Shown: one piece after another, positions 39,989-49,902 of the stretch
Layout of the letters: the number at the start of each line of letters is the position of its first letter
How positions within the stretch are numbered: position 1 is the first letter of the stretch
Position numbers and translations under genes: made by a program
The notes under the pieces: model-generated
What the model was told of the DNA's origin: nothing
Database searches by the model: none
Seen by the model: only the letters and a program-made list of their open reading frames with translations
Assembly: GCA_963817955.1 (NCBI GenBank)
Contig: CAWFQK010000004.1
Location: 1,376,001-1,440,000 of the forward strand
Direction of reading: 5' to 3'
DNA: 64,000 bases
Source of the DNA: an uncultured Gemmatimonadaceae bacterium
Lineage (GTDB): Bacteria > Gemmatimonadota > Gemmatimonadetes > Gemmatimonadales > Gemmatimonadaceae

Positions 39989-40759
39989 TCAGGTGGCCTT
40001 GGGAGTGTGCAAGGCAAATGTAGCACCTTGTGCGTCGATGCACTGAGCGATCCAGTCGCCACCCGGGACTTCCGTTGGACCCATGACGACCTTCCCGCCC
40101 AGGCGGGTCACCTCATTGGCCGCGCGATGGACGTCCGGCACGCGGACATACGACAGCCAGTTTGGGGCCGGCATGTCGGGCGTTCTATTGAACATGCCAC
40201 CGTACGTCTGTCCGTTCTTCCCGAAAATGAAGTACATGCCCATGAGACCCATGTCGAATTCGCGGATCTTTTCCCACTGAAAGATTTCGCGATAGAACTC
40301 GAATGCCGCTTTGTAGTCGGCGGCCATGAGCTCGTGCCACGAGAACTCGCCGACGCCCGGCGTCTCGCCGCCCGCCGGCGCCGCGCCGTCGGGCTCGAAT
40401 AGTCCAATCAACGCGCCCTGTGGGTCCGCGACGACTGCCCAATCGCCAACGGTCGGAATCTCTGTCGGAGCAAGCCGCACCGTTCCGCCGATCGCGGACA
40501 CCTGGCGCGTACACGCGTCCACGTCATACACGCACACGTAGGGGAGCCAGTGTGGACCAATGTGCTCTGGTATGAGGGCATCAGATAGCTCCTCGACCCC
40601 GCCGACCGGGATGCCGTGGTTCGTCCACATATCGTACTTGGGCGACACCTCCGACTGCTGGATACCCCACGATGTGATCGCCGGATAGAACGACTGCGCG
40701 GCCTTACGACTCGAGGTTTTCAGGTCGTGCCAAACGAACTGACCGTGCGCGCTGGGCAT
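39989..40759 (-). CDS. Tandem VOC/glyoxalase protein
   Basis: Two FVWHDL/FSWHEL...WL.YV...DPQGA domains. Confidence 0.88.
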   Translation of the reverse strand: MPSAHGQFVWHDLKTSSRKAAQSFYPAITSWGIQQSEVSPKYDMWTNHGIPVGGVEELSDALIPEHIGPHWLPYVCVYDVDACTRQVSAIGGTVRLAPTEIPTVGDWAVVADPQGALIGLFEPDGAAPAGGETPGVGEFSWHELMAADYKAAFEFYREIFQWEKIREFDMGLMGMYFIFGKNGQTYGGMFNRTPDMPAPNWLSYVRVPDVHRAANEVTRLGGKVVMGPTEVPGGDWIAQCIDAQGATFALHTPKAT

Positions 40760-40783
40760 ACGATGCGTTGGTGAATGGTGAGC

Positions 40784-41634
40784 TCAAGGAGTCACGGTAA
40801 CGTCGAACCAGGTCCGCGCTGCGGTGAACCGATCCCGTAGCTCGGCCGCATCCGCCCGCTGCAATGCACCGCGAAACGAGGCGATCTCCCGTTCCGTCAC
40901 CGCGAGCGCCGCATCGAGCGCCGCTGCATTGTCGCGCGCAATCGCCGTCCATACCTCGGGCGAGCTGCCTGCAAGCCGCGTGACGTCACGGCCGCCCGGA
41001 CCGAGGTCCTCGCGCATGACGCCGGACTGCGCGAGGGCAAGCGCCAGCGCGCTCGAGAGGACGTGTGGCAGATGGCTGGTCAAGGCCAGCTTTGCGTCGT
41101 GATCGCTGGCGCCCATGACCAACGGGCGCGCGCCGAGCATAGTCCAGAGTTGTTCGGCTCGTTCCACCGCCAGAGCCGTGGTCTCGTGGGCCGGACACAG
41201 GTAGACGCGTGCGCCGGCGAACAACCCGCACCGCGAGGCCGACCAGCCCGACCGGTGGTCGCCAGCCATGGGGTGCGAACCGACGAACTGTGCTCCGATG
41301 CCGATCGCGCTGGCATCCCGGACGATGCGCGCTTTGGTGCTGCCGACGTCGGTCACAAGGGATGTTCCGCTCAGGTGAGGCACCAGGCGGCGGAGCACCT
41401 CTGCTGCGGCATCAACAGGTACGGCTATTACGATGAGATCGGCCTGGCGTACGCCCCCCCCCCGAGCGCGGCGTCCATCCGCTCCGTCACCACCTTGTCA
41501 CGTACGGCGGCATCGAGGCGCTCCGGATTCTCGTCATAGGCCGAAACCTGCACGCCGTGCGCGGCAAGATCGCGGGCCAGCGATCCACCCACCAGTCCAA
41601 GCCCAACCACCGCGGCGCGACGCAATTCGCTCAC
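40784..41634 (-). CDS. tyrA: Prephenate dehydrogenase, frameshifted in a G10 run (41454-41463)
   Basis: GLGLVGGS N-terminus in one frame; ADLIVIAVP, TDVGSTK, HPMAG and SHLPH in another. Confidence 0.88.
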
Positions 41635-41927
41635 TTCTGCTCCTGCGCGTGGCGCGACATCCCGACGATCTGCCAGAAAATCTCGCGCACCGGCTCGGGC
41701 GGCAATCCGGCGTCGCGTGCCACAGTAGCCACGCGACGAATGACCGCAGCTTCACGCGTCGGATCGAGAATCGGCAGTCCAGCCGCGCGCTTCAGTTCGC
41801 CCGTGCGCTTTCCCAAAGTGAACCGCTCGGCAAGCAGGCGAATGATGTCGACATCGATGCGTTCAATCTCGCCGCGACGGAGCGCAAGCTCGGCCAGCGC
41901 ACTCTCCTGCTCGGACCGTTCGCTCAT
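41631..41927 (-). CDS. Chorismate mutase (AroQ type)
   Basis: [15 protein letters not shown]...GELK...DPTRE. Confidence 0.9.
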   Translation of the reverse strand: MSERSEQESALAELALRRGEIERIDVDIIRLLAERFTLGKRTGELKRAAGLPILDPTREAAVIRRVATVARDAGLPPEPVREIFWQIVGMSRHAQEQK

Positions 41928-42982
41928 GCCACGGCTCGGTGTTCGAGGGTCTGGGCATCCATCGACCGGCCCGCCGCTTCGGCAAAGGCAGCAAGACGCT
42001 GCATGATGCTCGCGAACGCTGGCGGTGCGAGGGACTGGTCGCCGTCGGACAACGCGTGTTCCGGGTTCGGGTGCACTTCCACGATCAGCCCGTCAGCGCC
42101 CGCGGCGATCGCTGCGAATGCGAGTGGCGCGACCAGCAAGGCATCGCCACCGGCGTGACTCGGGTCGACGATGACGGGCAGGTGGGTCTCTCGTTTGAGC
42201 ACAGGAATCGCCGAGACATCCAGCGTGTTGCGCGTCGCGGTCTCAAAGGTACGGATGCCCCGTTCGCACAGGACGACATCGTGATTGCCATTGGCCATGA
42301 TGTATTCGGCAGCCATGAGCAACTCCTTGATCGTGGCCGACAACCCACGCTTGAGCAGAACCGGACGCTGGACGTGTCCGAGTTCGGCAAGCAGCGAGTA
42401 GTTCTGCATGTTTCGCGCACCAACCTGCAGCATGTCCGCATGCTCGGCAACGAGATCCACCTGCCGTGTATCCATCACTTCCGTAACGACCGGCATCCCA
42501 GTGGCCTTCCGCGCTTCGGCGAGCAGGTGCAGCGCTTCCTCGCCGAGCCCCTGGAACGCGTAGGGGGACGTGCGTGGCTTGAAGGCGCCCCCTCGCAGCA
42601 TGGTCGCGCCCGCGGCGCGCACAGCCGTGGCAGTTTCGAGCAGCATGTCGCGGCTCTCGACCGAGCAGGGGCCGGCGATGACGGTGATGGTCGAGCCGCC
42701 GAACGTCGCGTTCGCGTCACGGCCGCCGACGCGCACGATGGTGGGATCGACGGCGAATGCGCGCGACGCGAGCTTGTATGGTTTGAGCACCGGCGTCACG
42801 GACTCGACACCGGGAAGCGAACGGAGCGGGATCTCTTCGAGCAGCGATTCGTCACCGATACAGCCGATGATCGTTCGCTGTTCGCCGCGCGACAGGTGCG
42901 TGCGCATGCCGACGGACTCCACGCGCTCGCGGATGTGGTCGACTTCGGCGTCGGTGACATGGGGTTTGGTGATGATGATCAT
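41924..42982 (-). CDS. aroF: DAHP synthase (type I beta, with N-terminal regulatory domain)
   Basis: [34 protein letters not shown]. Confidence 0.95.
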   Translation of the reverse strand: MIIITKPHVTDAEVDHIRERVESVGMRTHLSRGEQRTIIGCIGDESLLEEIPLRSLPGVESVTPVLKPYKLASRAFAVDPTIVRVGGRDANATFGGSTITVIAGPCSVESRDMLLETATAVRAAGATMLRGGAFKPRTSPYAFQGLGEEALHLLAEARKATGMPVVTEVMDTRQVDLVAEHADMLQVGARNMQNYSLLAELGHVQRPVLLKRGLSATIKELLMAAEYIMANGNHDVVLCERGIRTFETATRNTLDVSAIPVLKRETHLPVIVDPSHAGGDALLVAPLAFAAIAAGADGLIVEVHPNPEHALSDGDQSLAPPAFASIMQRLAAFAEAAGRSMDAQTLEHRAVA

Positions 42983-43038
42983 TGATCGATGACAGGTTGA
43001 GGATTGGCGAACGACGAAGGTCGAACTGCATTGGGCAT

Positions 43039-43070
43039 AAAAAAAACGACCCGTGATTTCTCACGGGTCG
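43039..43070 (-). terminator. Attenuator terminator upstream of aroF
   Basis: On the - strand CGACCCGTGA-GAAA-TCACGGGTCG followed by T8. Confidence 0.88.
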
Positions 43071-43099
43071 CTGGGGTTGGTTTGCGGAGTGGGCTGACT

Positions 43100-43180
43100 C
43101 TACCGCGTACGACTCCAACCACGGCCCGTGGAGCGGGTCGCGAGGTAATAGTAATACCGATAGCTGGCGGGGCGAGTCAT
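43100..43180 (-). CDS. Tyrosine-rich leader peptide MTRPASYRYYYYLATRSTGRGWSRTR
   Basis: 5 Tyr codons within 6; lies just 5' of the terminator; contains CACGGGCCG able to pair with the terminator 5' arm. Confidence 0.85.
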   Translation of the reverse strand: MTRPASYRYYYYLATRSTGRGWSRTR

Positions 43181-43240
43181 GGATCGGAGGCTAGGGGAGG
43201 GGCGGCGCGGTGTCAAGGCTTGCCCAGCCGCGTCCCTTAA

Positions 43241-43888
43241 CAGACTGTTGAAAGAGGGCTGGACAGGAGTCAGAAGCTCGAGGGCATGCGCATCACTTCG
43301 AGGGCCGGAACAGCTTTCTACCGCAGAGCGGCCGAACAGCTTTCTACCGCAGAGCGGCCGAACAGCTTTAACGCAGAGGTCGCAGAGAACTGCAAGAGAA
43401 CTGCAGAGGACTGCAAAAGAGGACTGCAAAAGAGGACTGCAAAAGAGAACTGCAAAGAGAACTGCAAAAGAAGACTGCAAAAGAGAACTGGAAAGGGGAA
43501 CTGCAAGAGAACTGCAAGAGCGAACTGGAAGCGTACGGAAGAGGGAAGCGCGTATCGGCGGAATGAACCGTGGATGCCGAGTCCACAATCATTCCGCTCA
43601 TATCGTTGATGATCCCGACCTGGGCGATACCATCGGAGCGTCACGACGACATCAGCCAAGACACCCAGGCGAGACCATCCTTCACGGTCCTCTGCAGTTC
43701 TCCTGCAGTTCTCTGCGACCTCTGCGTTAAAAAGCTGGTCTATCGGTCACCGAGATCCTTCGCTTGCGCTCAGGATGACAGCCCGTCGCTCAGGATGACA
43801 GCCCGTCGCTCAGGATGACAGCCCGTCGCTCAGGATGACAGCCCGTCGCTCAGGATGACAGGCGATTCACTCGTAGTTCAACAGTCCG
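43241..43888. mobile_element. Composite element copy B, MITE-like
   Basis: Ends CAGACTGTTGAA...TTCAACAGTCCG; core in inverse orientation at about 43531-43687; 20-bp tandem CGCTCAGGATGACAGCCCGT about 5 times. Confidence 0.8.
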
Positions 43889-43907
43889 TTGACACCAAGA
43901 TACTCCC

Positions 43908-44354
43908 ATGCCTCCCCTTCTCCACGACCCTGCCGTTCGCGACGCGGTCCGCGGCCGCATCCTGACGCTCCGCTCGGATTCACCGCGCAAGTGGGGCAAG
44001 ATGAGCGTCGACCAGATGCTATGGCACTGCAGTCAGAGCATGGGCCAGGCGCTCGGCCAAGTGCCTTCGACGCTGGTCAGGGTGCCGGTTCCGCGCTCGA
44101 TGATGAAGTTCTTCGTGCTCAATATGCCCTGGCCAAAGGGCGCGCCGACCGCGCCCGAACTCACCGCCATCAAGCGCTATTCATTCGACACGGAGCATGC
44201 ACGCTGCCTGCAATTCCTCGACGCGTTCACGACCAAGGGAATCGACGCTCATGACTGGGGTAGCTCGCCGGCCTTTGGTCCACTGAACGGCACGGAATGG
44301 AGCCGGTTGCAAGCGAAGCACCTGGATCATCACCTGCGGCAGTTCGACACCTGA
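43908..44354 (+). CDS. DUF1569/DinB-like protein
   Basis: WGKMSVDQML.HC; FG.L...EW...KHLDHHLRQF. Confidence 0.88.
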   Translation: MPPLLHDPAVRDAVRGRILTLRSDSPRKWGKMSVDQMLWHCSQSMGQALGQVPSTLVRVPVPRSMMKFFVLNMPWPKGAPTAPELTAIKRYSFDTEHARCLQFLDAFTTKGIDAHDWGSSPAFGPLNGTEWSRLQAKHLDHHLRQFDT

Positions 44355-44369
44355 CCATAAGAGGAGATG

Positions 44370-44406
44370 GAACGGGGCCGAGACGCGTAGCGTCTCGGCC
44401 CCGTTC
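44370..44406. terminator. Bidirectional terminator-like hairpin
   Basis: GAACGGGGCCGAGACGC gta GCGTCTCGGCCCCGTTC between convergent genes. Confidence 0.7.
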
Positions 44407-44446
44407 AGTATTCAGTTACAGCGCGACGTGCGCCGTATTGCCGATC

Positions 44447-46129
44447 CTAGAACAATCCCACGATCTCGCCGCTTGGCAACCGGGCCATCCGCTCGGCCGC
44501 AGGCTCCTTCGGCAAACCAGGCATGGTCATGATGTCGCCGCACTGCGCAACGATGAAGCCGGCGCCGGCCGATGCACGAACCTCGTTGACTGAGACGCGG
44601 AAGCCGCGGGGACGTCCGAGTTTCGTGGCGTCGTCGGTGAGCGAGTACTGTGTCTTCGCCATACACACCGGCGTATTCCCGAGCCCGATCGACTCGAGAT
44701 ACTCGATCGCGCGATCGGCAGCCGGCGTGTAGTCGGCACCGTCGCCGCCGTAGATCTGCCGAACGATGATGTCGATCTTCTGCTTGATCGGCCAGTCGGT
44801 TGGGTACAACGGACGGAATTCGGCGCCCTTCTTGTCGAGGACTGAGAGCAACTCTGCGCCGAGTGCTTCACCGCCAGCGCCACCCTTCTCCCAGACCTCC
44901 GTGAGTGCAACGGGCACGCCGAGGCGAGCGGCATAATCGGCGACCATCTGCAGCTCGGCCTCCGTGTCGGACGTGCGCCGGTTGAGCGCCACGATGCCCG
45001 GCACGCCGAAATGCTTCACGTTCTCGATGTGCTTCTCGAGGTTGGGCAGCCCGCGCTCGAGCGCGGCCAGGTCTTCCACACCGAGATTCTTCTTGTCGCC
45101 GCCGCCATGCATCTTGAGCGAGCGCACCGTGGCGACGATGATTGCGGCTTCCGGCTGCAACCCGCCCGCGCGGCACTTGATGTTAAAGAACTTCTCCACG
45201 CCGAGATCGGAGCCGAAGCCTGCTTCCGTGACCACGATGTCGGCGAGCGCGAGCGCCGAGCGCGTGGCGAGAATGCTGTTACAGCCATGCGCAATGTTGC
45301 CGAACGGGCCCGCGTGGACGAACGCCGGGCCGCCCTCGAGCGTCTGCACGAGATTCGGCCTGATGGCGTCCTTGAGCAGCAGCGCCATGGCTCCGGTCGC
45401 GCGCAACTCGCCGGCAGTCACGGGACGGCGGTCCTTGCCGGCCGTCGAACCGACGATGATGCGCGCCAGCCGTTCTTCGAGATCCTGCGGACTCGATGCG
45501 AGCGCGACGATCGCCATGATCTCGCTCGCAGGAATGATGACGAAGCGTTCCTCGCGTGGAATACCGTCGCCGACTCCCCCCAGACCAATGATGCAATGAC
45601 GCAGCGCGCGGTCATTCATGTCGATGGTGCGCGGCCAGGTGATGCGGCGCGGATCGATATGGAGCTCGTTCCCTTGCTGCAGATGGTTGTCGAGCATGGC
45701 CGACAGCAGCGCGTGCGCCGTCGAAATCGCGTGGAAGTCGCCGGTGAAGTGGAGGTTGATGTCATCCATCGGGACCACCTGCGCATATCCACCGCCCGCG
45801 GCGCCGCCCTTCACGCCGAACACCGGGCCCAGGCTTGGCTCGCGAATACAGAGGGCAACACTCTGGCCCATGCGCCGGAGCGCCTGCGCCAGGCCGACGG
45901 ATACGGTGCTCTTCCCTTCTCCGGCCGGTGTCGGATTCGTCGCTGTTACGACGACGAGGCGGCCGCGGATGGGACGTTGCGACACCTCGAGCGGAATCTT
46001 CGCTTTGTATTTGCCATACAGATCGAGCTCGTCGCGCTGGAGTCCCAACTCCGCGGCAACGTCCTCGATCGGACGCATCTTGACGCGCTGTGCGATTTCA
46101 ATATCGGAAGGAACAGTGGATACGGCCAC
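44447..46129 (-). CDS. fhs: Formate-tetrahydrofolate ligase
   Basis: PTPAGEGKST, REPSLGP.FG.KGGAAGGG, HAGPFGNIAHG, IMTMPGLP. Confidence 0.97.
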   Translation of the reverse strand: MAVSTVPSDIEIAQRVKMRPIEDVAAELGLQRDELDLYGKYKAKIPLEVSQRPIRGRLVVVTATNPTPAGEGKSTVSVGLAQALRRMGQSVALCIREPSLGPVFGVKGGAAGGGYAQVVPMDDINLHFTGDFHAISTAHALLSAMLDNHLQQGNELHIDPRRITWPRTIDMNDRALRHCIIGLGGVGDGIPREERFVIIPASEIMAIVALASSPQDLEERLARIIVGSTAGKDRRPVTAGELRATGAMALLLKDAIRPNLVQTLEGGPAFVHAGPFGNIAHGCNSILATRSALALADIVVTEAGFGSDLGVEKFFNIKCRAGGLQPEAAIIVATVRSLKMHGGGDKKNLGVEDLAALERGLPNLEKHIENVKHFGVPGIVALNRRTSDTEAELQMVADYAARLGVPVALTEVWEKGGAGGEALGAELLSVLDKKGAEFRPLYPTDWPIKQKIDIIVRQIYGGDGADYTPAADRAIEYLESIGLGNTPVCMAKTQYSLTDDATKLGRPRGFRVSVNEVRASAGAGFIVAQCGDIMTMPGLPKEPAAERMARLPSGEIVGLF

Positions 46130-46144
46130 GACAAGGTCCTCAGG

Positions 46145-47002
46145 TTAGGGCAGTCCGGAAATGCGATGCATTCCGGTGTACACGTTCGCGCTTCTTCCCC
46201 TCAGCAATCCCACCAACGTCATGCCCGCCAACTCGGCATATTGAATGGCCAAGCCAGTGGGCCGTGAGACCGCGGCGATCAGCTCGACGCCGATGGCGGC
46301 GGCCTTCTGCACCATCTCATAACTCGCACGGCTCGTGACGACCACCAACCCGTCGCACGTCTGTGTGCCGGCCCGTGCGAGCGCACCGAGCACTTTGTCG
46401 AGCGCGTTGTGCCGCCCGATGTCTTCGCGTACGACGTGCAACACGCCGTCGGAGGTACCCCATCCGGCGGCGTGCACGGTGCTCGTCACGTGATTCAACG
46501 ACTGGCGGCGCGTCAGTTCGCCGCCAGCTCGCCACAGAGCCTCCGCGCTCACGTGAAGCGCTGACTGAACGCGGCCCGGTACGCGGAGCGCGTCGCCGAT
46601 CGTTTCGACGCCGCACAATCCACATCCGGTGCGCGCGGCAAGCATGCGCGCCCGATCCTGCAAGCGGTCGGCGTCGGCCGCGGCAATCTCGATCTGCACC
46701 TCAACCCCGTGACTGGCGCGGACCACGTCCACACGACCGACCGCCGACGCGTTCGCGACAACACCTTCGGTGATGCTGAACCCGATGGCCAGATCCTCGA
46801 GGTCCGCCGGCGTGCTCATCACCACCACGTGCGGCCGTCCGTTGTACACGAGCGCGACGGGGACTTCTTCCGCGACGACTACCGATGCCGGCTCGACGCC
46901 GGCGTCGCTCAAGCGAACGATCGAACGCTCCGATGACGGCTCGGTGTAGCCAAGCCCGAACAGCAAATGCTCAGCGGCGTCCATTCCCGCCATTATCGCC
47001 AT
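46145..47002 (-). CDS. fdhD: Formate dehydrogenase sulfurtransferase
   Basis: EEVP, GCGLCG, REDIGRHNALDK, TSRASYEMVQK. Start is uncertain. Confidence 0.93.
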   Translation of the reverse strand: MAIMAGMDAAEHLLFGLGYTEPSSERSIVRLSDAGVEPASVVVAEEVPVALVYNGRPHVVVMSTPADLEDLAIGFSITEGVVANASAVGRVDVVRASHGVEVQIEIAAADADRLQDRARMLAARTGCGLCGVETIGDALRVPGRVQSALHVSAEALWRAGGELTRRQSLNHVTSTVHAAGWGTSDGVLHVVREDIGRHNALDKVLGALARAGTQTCDGLVVVTSRASYEMVQKAAAIGVELIAAVSRPTGLAIQYAELAGMTLVGLLRGRSANVYTGMHRISGLP

Positions 47003-47987
47003 TTGTGTCGAGGTTCTGCACGAAGCGCCAACCGAAACGGCCTTTGATGCACAGGTTGCCCTGCGTGATGGTGTTCTCGAGCGGCGAGGTCGCTTTCACG
47101 ATCTCACCGTCGTCGACATGCAGGCGCAGCGTGCAGCCAACGCCGCAGTAGGGGCAGATCGTGTCTGTCGTCGTCACGCGGGACTCATCCCACGTTCCCG
47201 CGCCGCGCTTGTCGAACTCCGTCTTTGCCATGAGCGCGCCCGTGGGGCAGACGGCAATGCAATTGCCGCAATAGACGCACGCCGACTCCGGCAGCGGCAC
47301 GGCAAACTCGGTCGAGATGTGCGCGTCGAAACCACGGCCGGCTACGGCAATCGCGAAGCTGTTCTGATGATCAGGTCCACACGCTTCTGTGCACTTGTAG
47401 CAGAGGATGCACTTGGCGTAATCGCGCACGTACAGATCATTGTCGATCGTCGCCGGCTCGGCGACGGTCGCCGCGACCTCGGGACTGGGAGGCGCATGAT
47501 GTCCGGGCACGGATGCGTCGCGCGTCCCGGCAGGCGCCGGCGGTGCGGGCGGCCCGAACCGTTCCGGCTTGGCGCCATATTCGTCTAGCCACTCGGCGAT
47601 CTTCGGCGTGGTGGAGAGATCGACCGAGGACGCCAGCAGCTCGAGGACGAGCTTGCGGCTATGCTTGACGCGCTCCGATTTGGTGTGCACCACCATGCCC
47701 TCCTCGGCCGCGCGGGCGCAGGACGGCACGAGTACCCGCGCGCCCTCGAGCTCCACGACACAGATCCGGCAGGCATTCACGGGGTGCAACGTCTCCAGGA
47801 AGCACAGCGTCGGGATCTCGATTCCGATCTCCCGGCATGCGGCAAGGATGGACGTCCCCTCGATCACGCTGACGCGTTGTCCGTCGATCGTGAGCGCAAT
47901 GGTGCGCGTCGACTGACGACGCGACTGGTCGGTCGCGTAGGTCGGACGCTGCAATTGCACGAGCGGGCCAGTGTGGACGGCGGTCAT
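46971..47987 (-). CDS. FDH Fe-S subunit (2Fe-2S + 2x4Fe-4S + molybdopterin-adjacent 4Fe-4S domain)
   Basis: IPTLC, CRICVVE, CILCYKC, CVYCGNC...CPTGAL; ends with TICPYCGVGC...LCIKGRFG. Confidence 0.9.
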   Translation of the reverse strand: MTAVHTGPLVQLQRPTYATDQSRRQSTRTIALTIDGQRVSVIEGTSILAACREIGIEIPTLCFLETLHPVNACRICVVELEGARVLVPSCARAAEEGMVVHTKSERVKHSRKLVLELLASSVDLSTTPKIAEWLDEYGAKPERFGPPAPPAPAGTRDASVPGHHAPPSPEVAATVAEPATIDNDLYVRDYAKCILCYKCTEACGPDHQNSFAIAVAGRGFDAHISTEFAVPLPESACVYCGNCIAVCPTGALMAKTEFDKRGAGTWDESRVTTTDTICPYCGVGCTLRLHVDDGEIVKATSPLENTITQGNLCIKGRFGWRFVQNLDTNGDNGGNGRR

Positions 47988-47991
47988 GGCA

Positions 47992-49902
47992 TCACGATCC
48001 GGTGAGCAAATCAACTCTATGAATTGCCGACTCGATCGCCGCGTATGCAGCCTGGCCAAGTCCGCAGATTGACGAATCCTTCATTGCCGCGCCCACGTCG
48101 TCGAGCAGCGCAATCTCCGCCGCCACGCCGCCGCGCGTCTTACCGCACGCAATGCGGTGCAGCGCCTCCTCCTGCCGTACGGTTCCCACGCGGCACGGAA
48201 CGCATTGGCCGCACGACTCGTCCCGGAAGAACGCCGCAATGCGCAGGAGAATCTGCGTCATGTCCACGCGATCGTCGAACGCGACGATGACACCGGAGCC
48301 GAGCGTCGCCTTGGCGGCTCGCACGCCCTCGAAGGTGAGCGGGATATCGAGGTCCTGCGGGCCGACGAACACGCCGGCGGCCCCGCCGAGCAGAATTGCC
48401 TGAAGCGACCGCCCGTTCGCCACCCCGCCCGCCATGGCGAGCAGGTCGCGCAGCGACTTGCCGAACGGTACCTCGTAGACACCGGGGCGCGAAACGTTGC
48501 CGCTGAGACAGAACAATTTCGTTCCCGTGGACTGCTCCGTGCCAATGCGCGAGAACGCCTCGCCGCCACGCAGAACGATATCCGGGATGTTGGCCAGCGT
48601 CTCGACGTTGTTGATCACCGTCGGCAGACCAAAGAGTCCAGCCTGCACGGGGAATGGCGGCTTGTTGCGCGGCTCTCCGCGATAGCCTTCGATGGAGTTG
48701 AAGATCGCGGTCTCTTCGCCGCAGATATACGCGCCGGCGCCGCGACGAATTTCCATGTCGAACGCGAACCCATGGCCGAGAATATTCTCGCCCAGGAATC
48801 CGTGCGCGCGTGCTTCACAGATGGCATGCTGCATTCGTGCTGCGCCAAGCGGATATTCACCGCGAATGTAGACGAAGCCGCGCTCGCAGCCGGTGGCGTA
48901 CGCCGCGATGATCATGGCCTCGACGACGGCGAACGGGTCTCCATCGAGTAGCACGCGGTCCTTGAATGTCCCGGGCTCCGACTCGTCCGCGTTGCAGACG
49001 AGATAGTGCGGGTGCGCAGCCTGTTTGGCGACGGCCTCCCACTTGCGGCCGGTGGGGAACGCAGCACCGCCGCGGCCCATCAGCTTGGAGTCGACCACTT
49101 CCCTGATCACCGCATCGGGTCCGATCTCGAGCGCGCGACGTAGCGCAGCGAAACCGCCCGCGGCCCGGTACGCGGAGATGTCGGAGGGATCGACGGTCCC
49201 GACGCGTTTGAGCAGCGACAGGGATGGGTCACCGCGTTGCGGGAGGTCTTCCTGTGAGAAGCCCTGCGTCTGACTGGCCGGCGCGGACGCGAGATCGGTC
49301 GCGACGGTCGGGATGACGGTCCTGGCCTTTTCCAGCGTCAACTCGCCAATCAGATACTCGCGTGGCGTCACGCCGGCCTGCTGAACGAATGCCGCCGGCG
49401 CATGATCACATAACCCTAAACAGGGCGAGCGCATCCACGTGGCGCTATTCGGATGCACCGTGACGTGATCGCCCGTCGGTCCGTGCGCATGAGCGGGGCC
49501 AACGGTGCGCTCGATCTCTGCGATCAGCTCTGCCGCGCCCTTGCACCGACACGCGACGTCATCGCACACGTGCAGGACCCGGGGGGCGCGCGGCGTTGTG
49601 GAGAGCAGCGCGTAGAATGTTGCCACGCCCCATGCATCGGCGGGTGGCACCCCGAGACGCGTGCACACGTACTCGAGGCCCGTCTCACTGATCCAGCCAA
49701 CGCGCGCCTGCAATGCCCGGAGTGCCGGCAGAAGCAGGTGTCGCTTCTCCCGCATGTCGCGTCCGCCAAACGCCACGCGAGCATCGCTGGGATCGCCACG
49801 CGCGCCGCCGTCCCATTGTGAGTCCGGAGCGCCAAGCAGCGCATCCACCGCGGCGCGCTCGTCTTCAGTTGGCGTAGCGTTCCGCAGATGCAGATCCATC
49901 AA
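47992..49902 (-). CDS. NuoE-NuoF-like fused diaphorase subunit of NAD-linked FDH
   Basis: ATFY, CLGLCDHAP (NuoE-like); GRGGAAFPTG.KW, NADESEPG, GAGAYICGEE, ESCGQCVPCRVG (NuoF-like). Confidence 0.92.
   Translation of the reverse strand: MMDLHLRNATPTEDERAAVDALLGAPDSQWDGGARGDPSDARVAFGGRDMREKRHLLLPALRALQARVGWISETGLEYVCTRLGVPPADAWGVATFYALLSTTPRAPRVLHVCDDVACRCKGAAELIAEIERTVGPAHAHGPTGDHVTVHPNSATWMRSPCLGLCDHAPAAFVQQAGVTPREYLIGELTLEKARTVIPTVATDLASAPASQTQGFSQEDLPQRGDPSLSLLKRVGTVDPSDISAYRAAGGFAALRRALEIGPDAVIREVVDSKLMGRGGAAFPTGRKWEAVAKQAAHPHYLVCNADESEPGTFKDRVLLDGDPFAVVEAMIIAAYATGCERGFVYIRGEYPLGAARMQHAICEARAHGFLGENILGHGFAFDMEIRRGAGAYICGEETAIFNSIEGYRGEPRNKPPFPVQAGLFGLPTVINNVETLANIPDIVLRGGEAFSRIGTEQSTGTKLFCLSGNVSRPGVYEVPFGKSLRDLLAMAGGVANGRSLQAILLGGAAGVFVGPQDLDIPLTFEGVRAAKATLGSGVIVAFDDRVDMTQILLRIAAFFRDESCGQCVPCRVGTVRQEEALHRIACGKTRGGVAAEIALLDDVGAAMKDSSICGLGQAAYAAIESAIHRVDLLTGS

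Noticed and set aside
43570..43818. MDAESTI... ORFs in the repeat copies as RiPP precursors
   Set aside because: Differences between copies are non-synonymous in this frame, the C-termini run into microsatellite, and no modifying enzymes are nearby.
43767..43862. 20-bp direct repeats (CGCTCAGGATGACAGCCCGT) as a CRISPR array
   Set aside because: Head-to-tail with no unique spacers, and no cas genes; part of the composite element.
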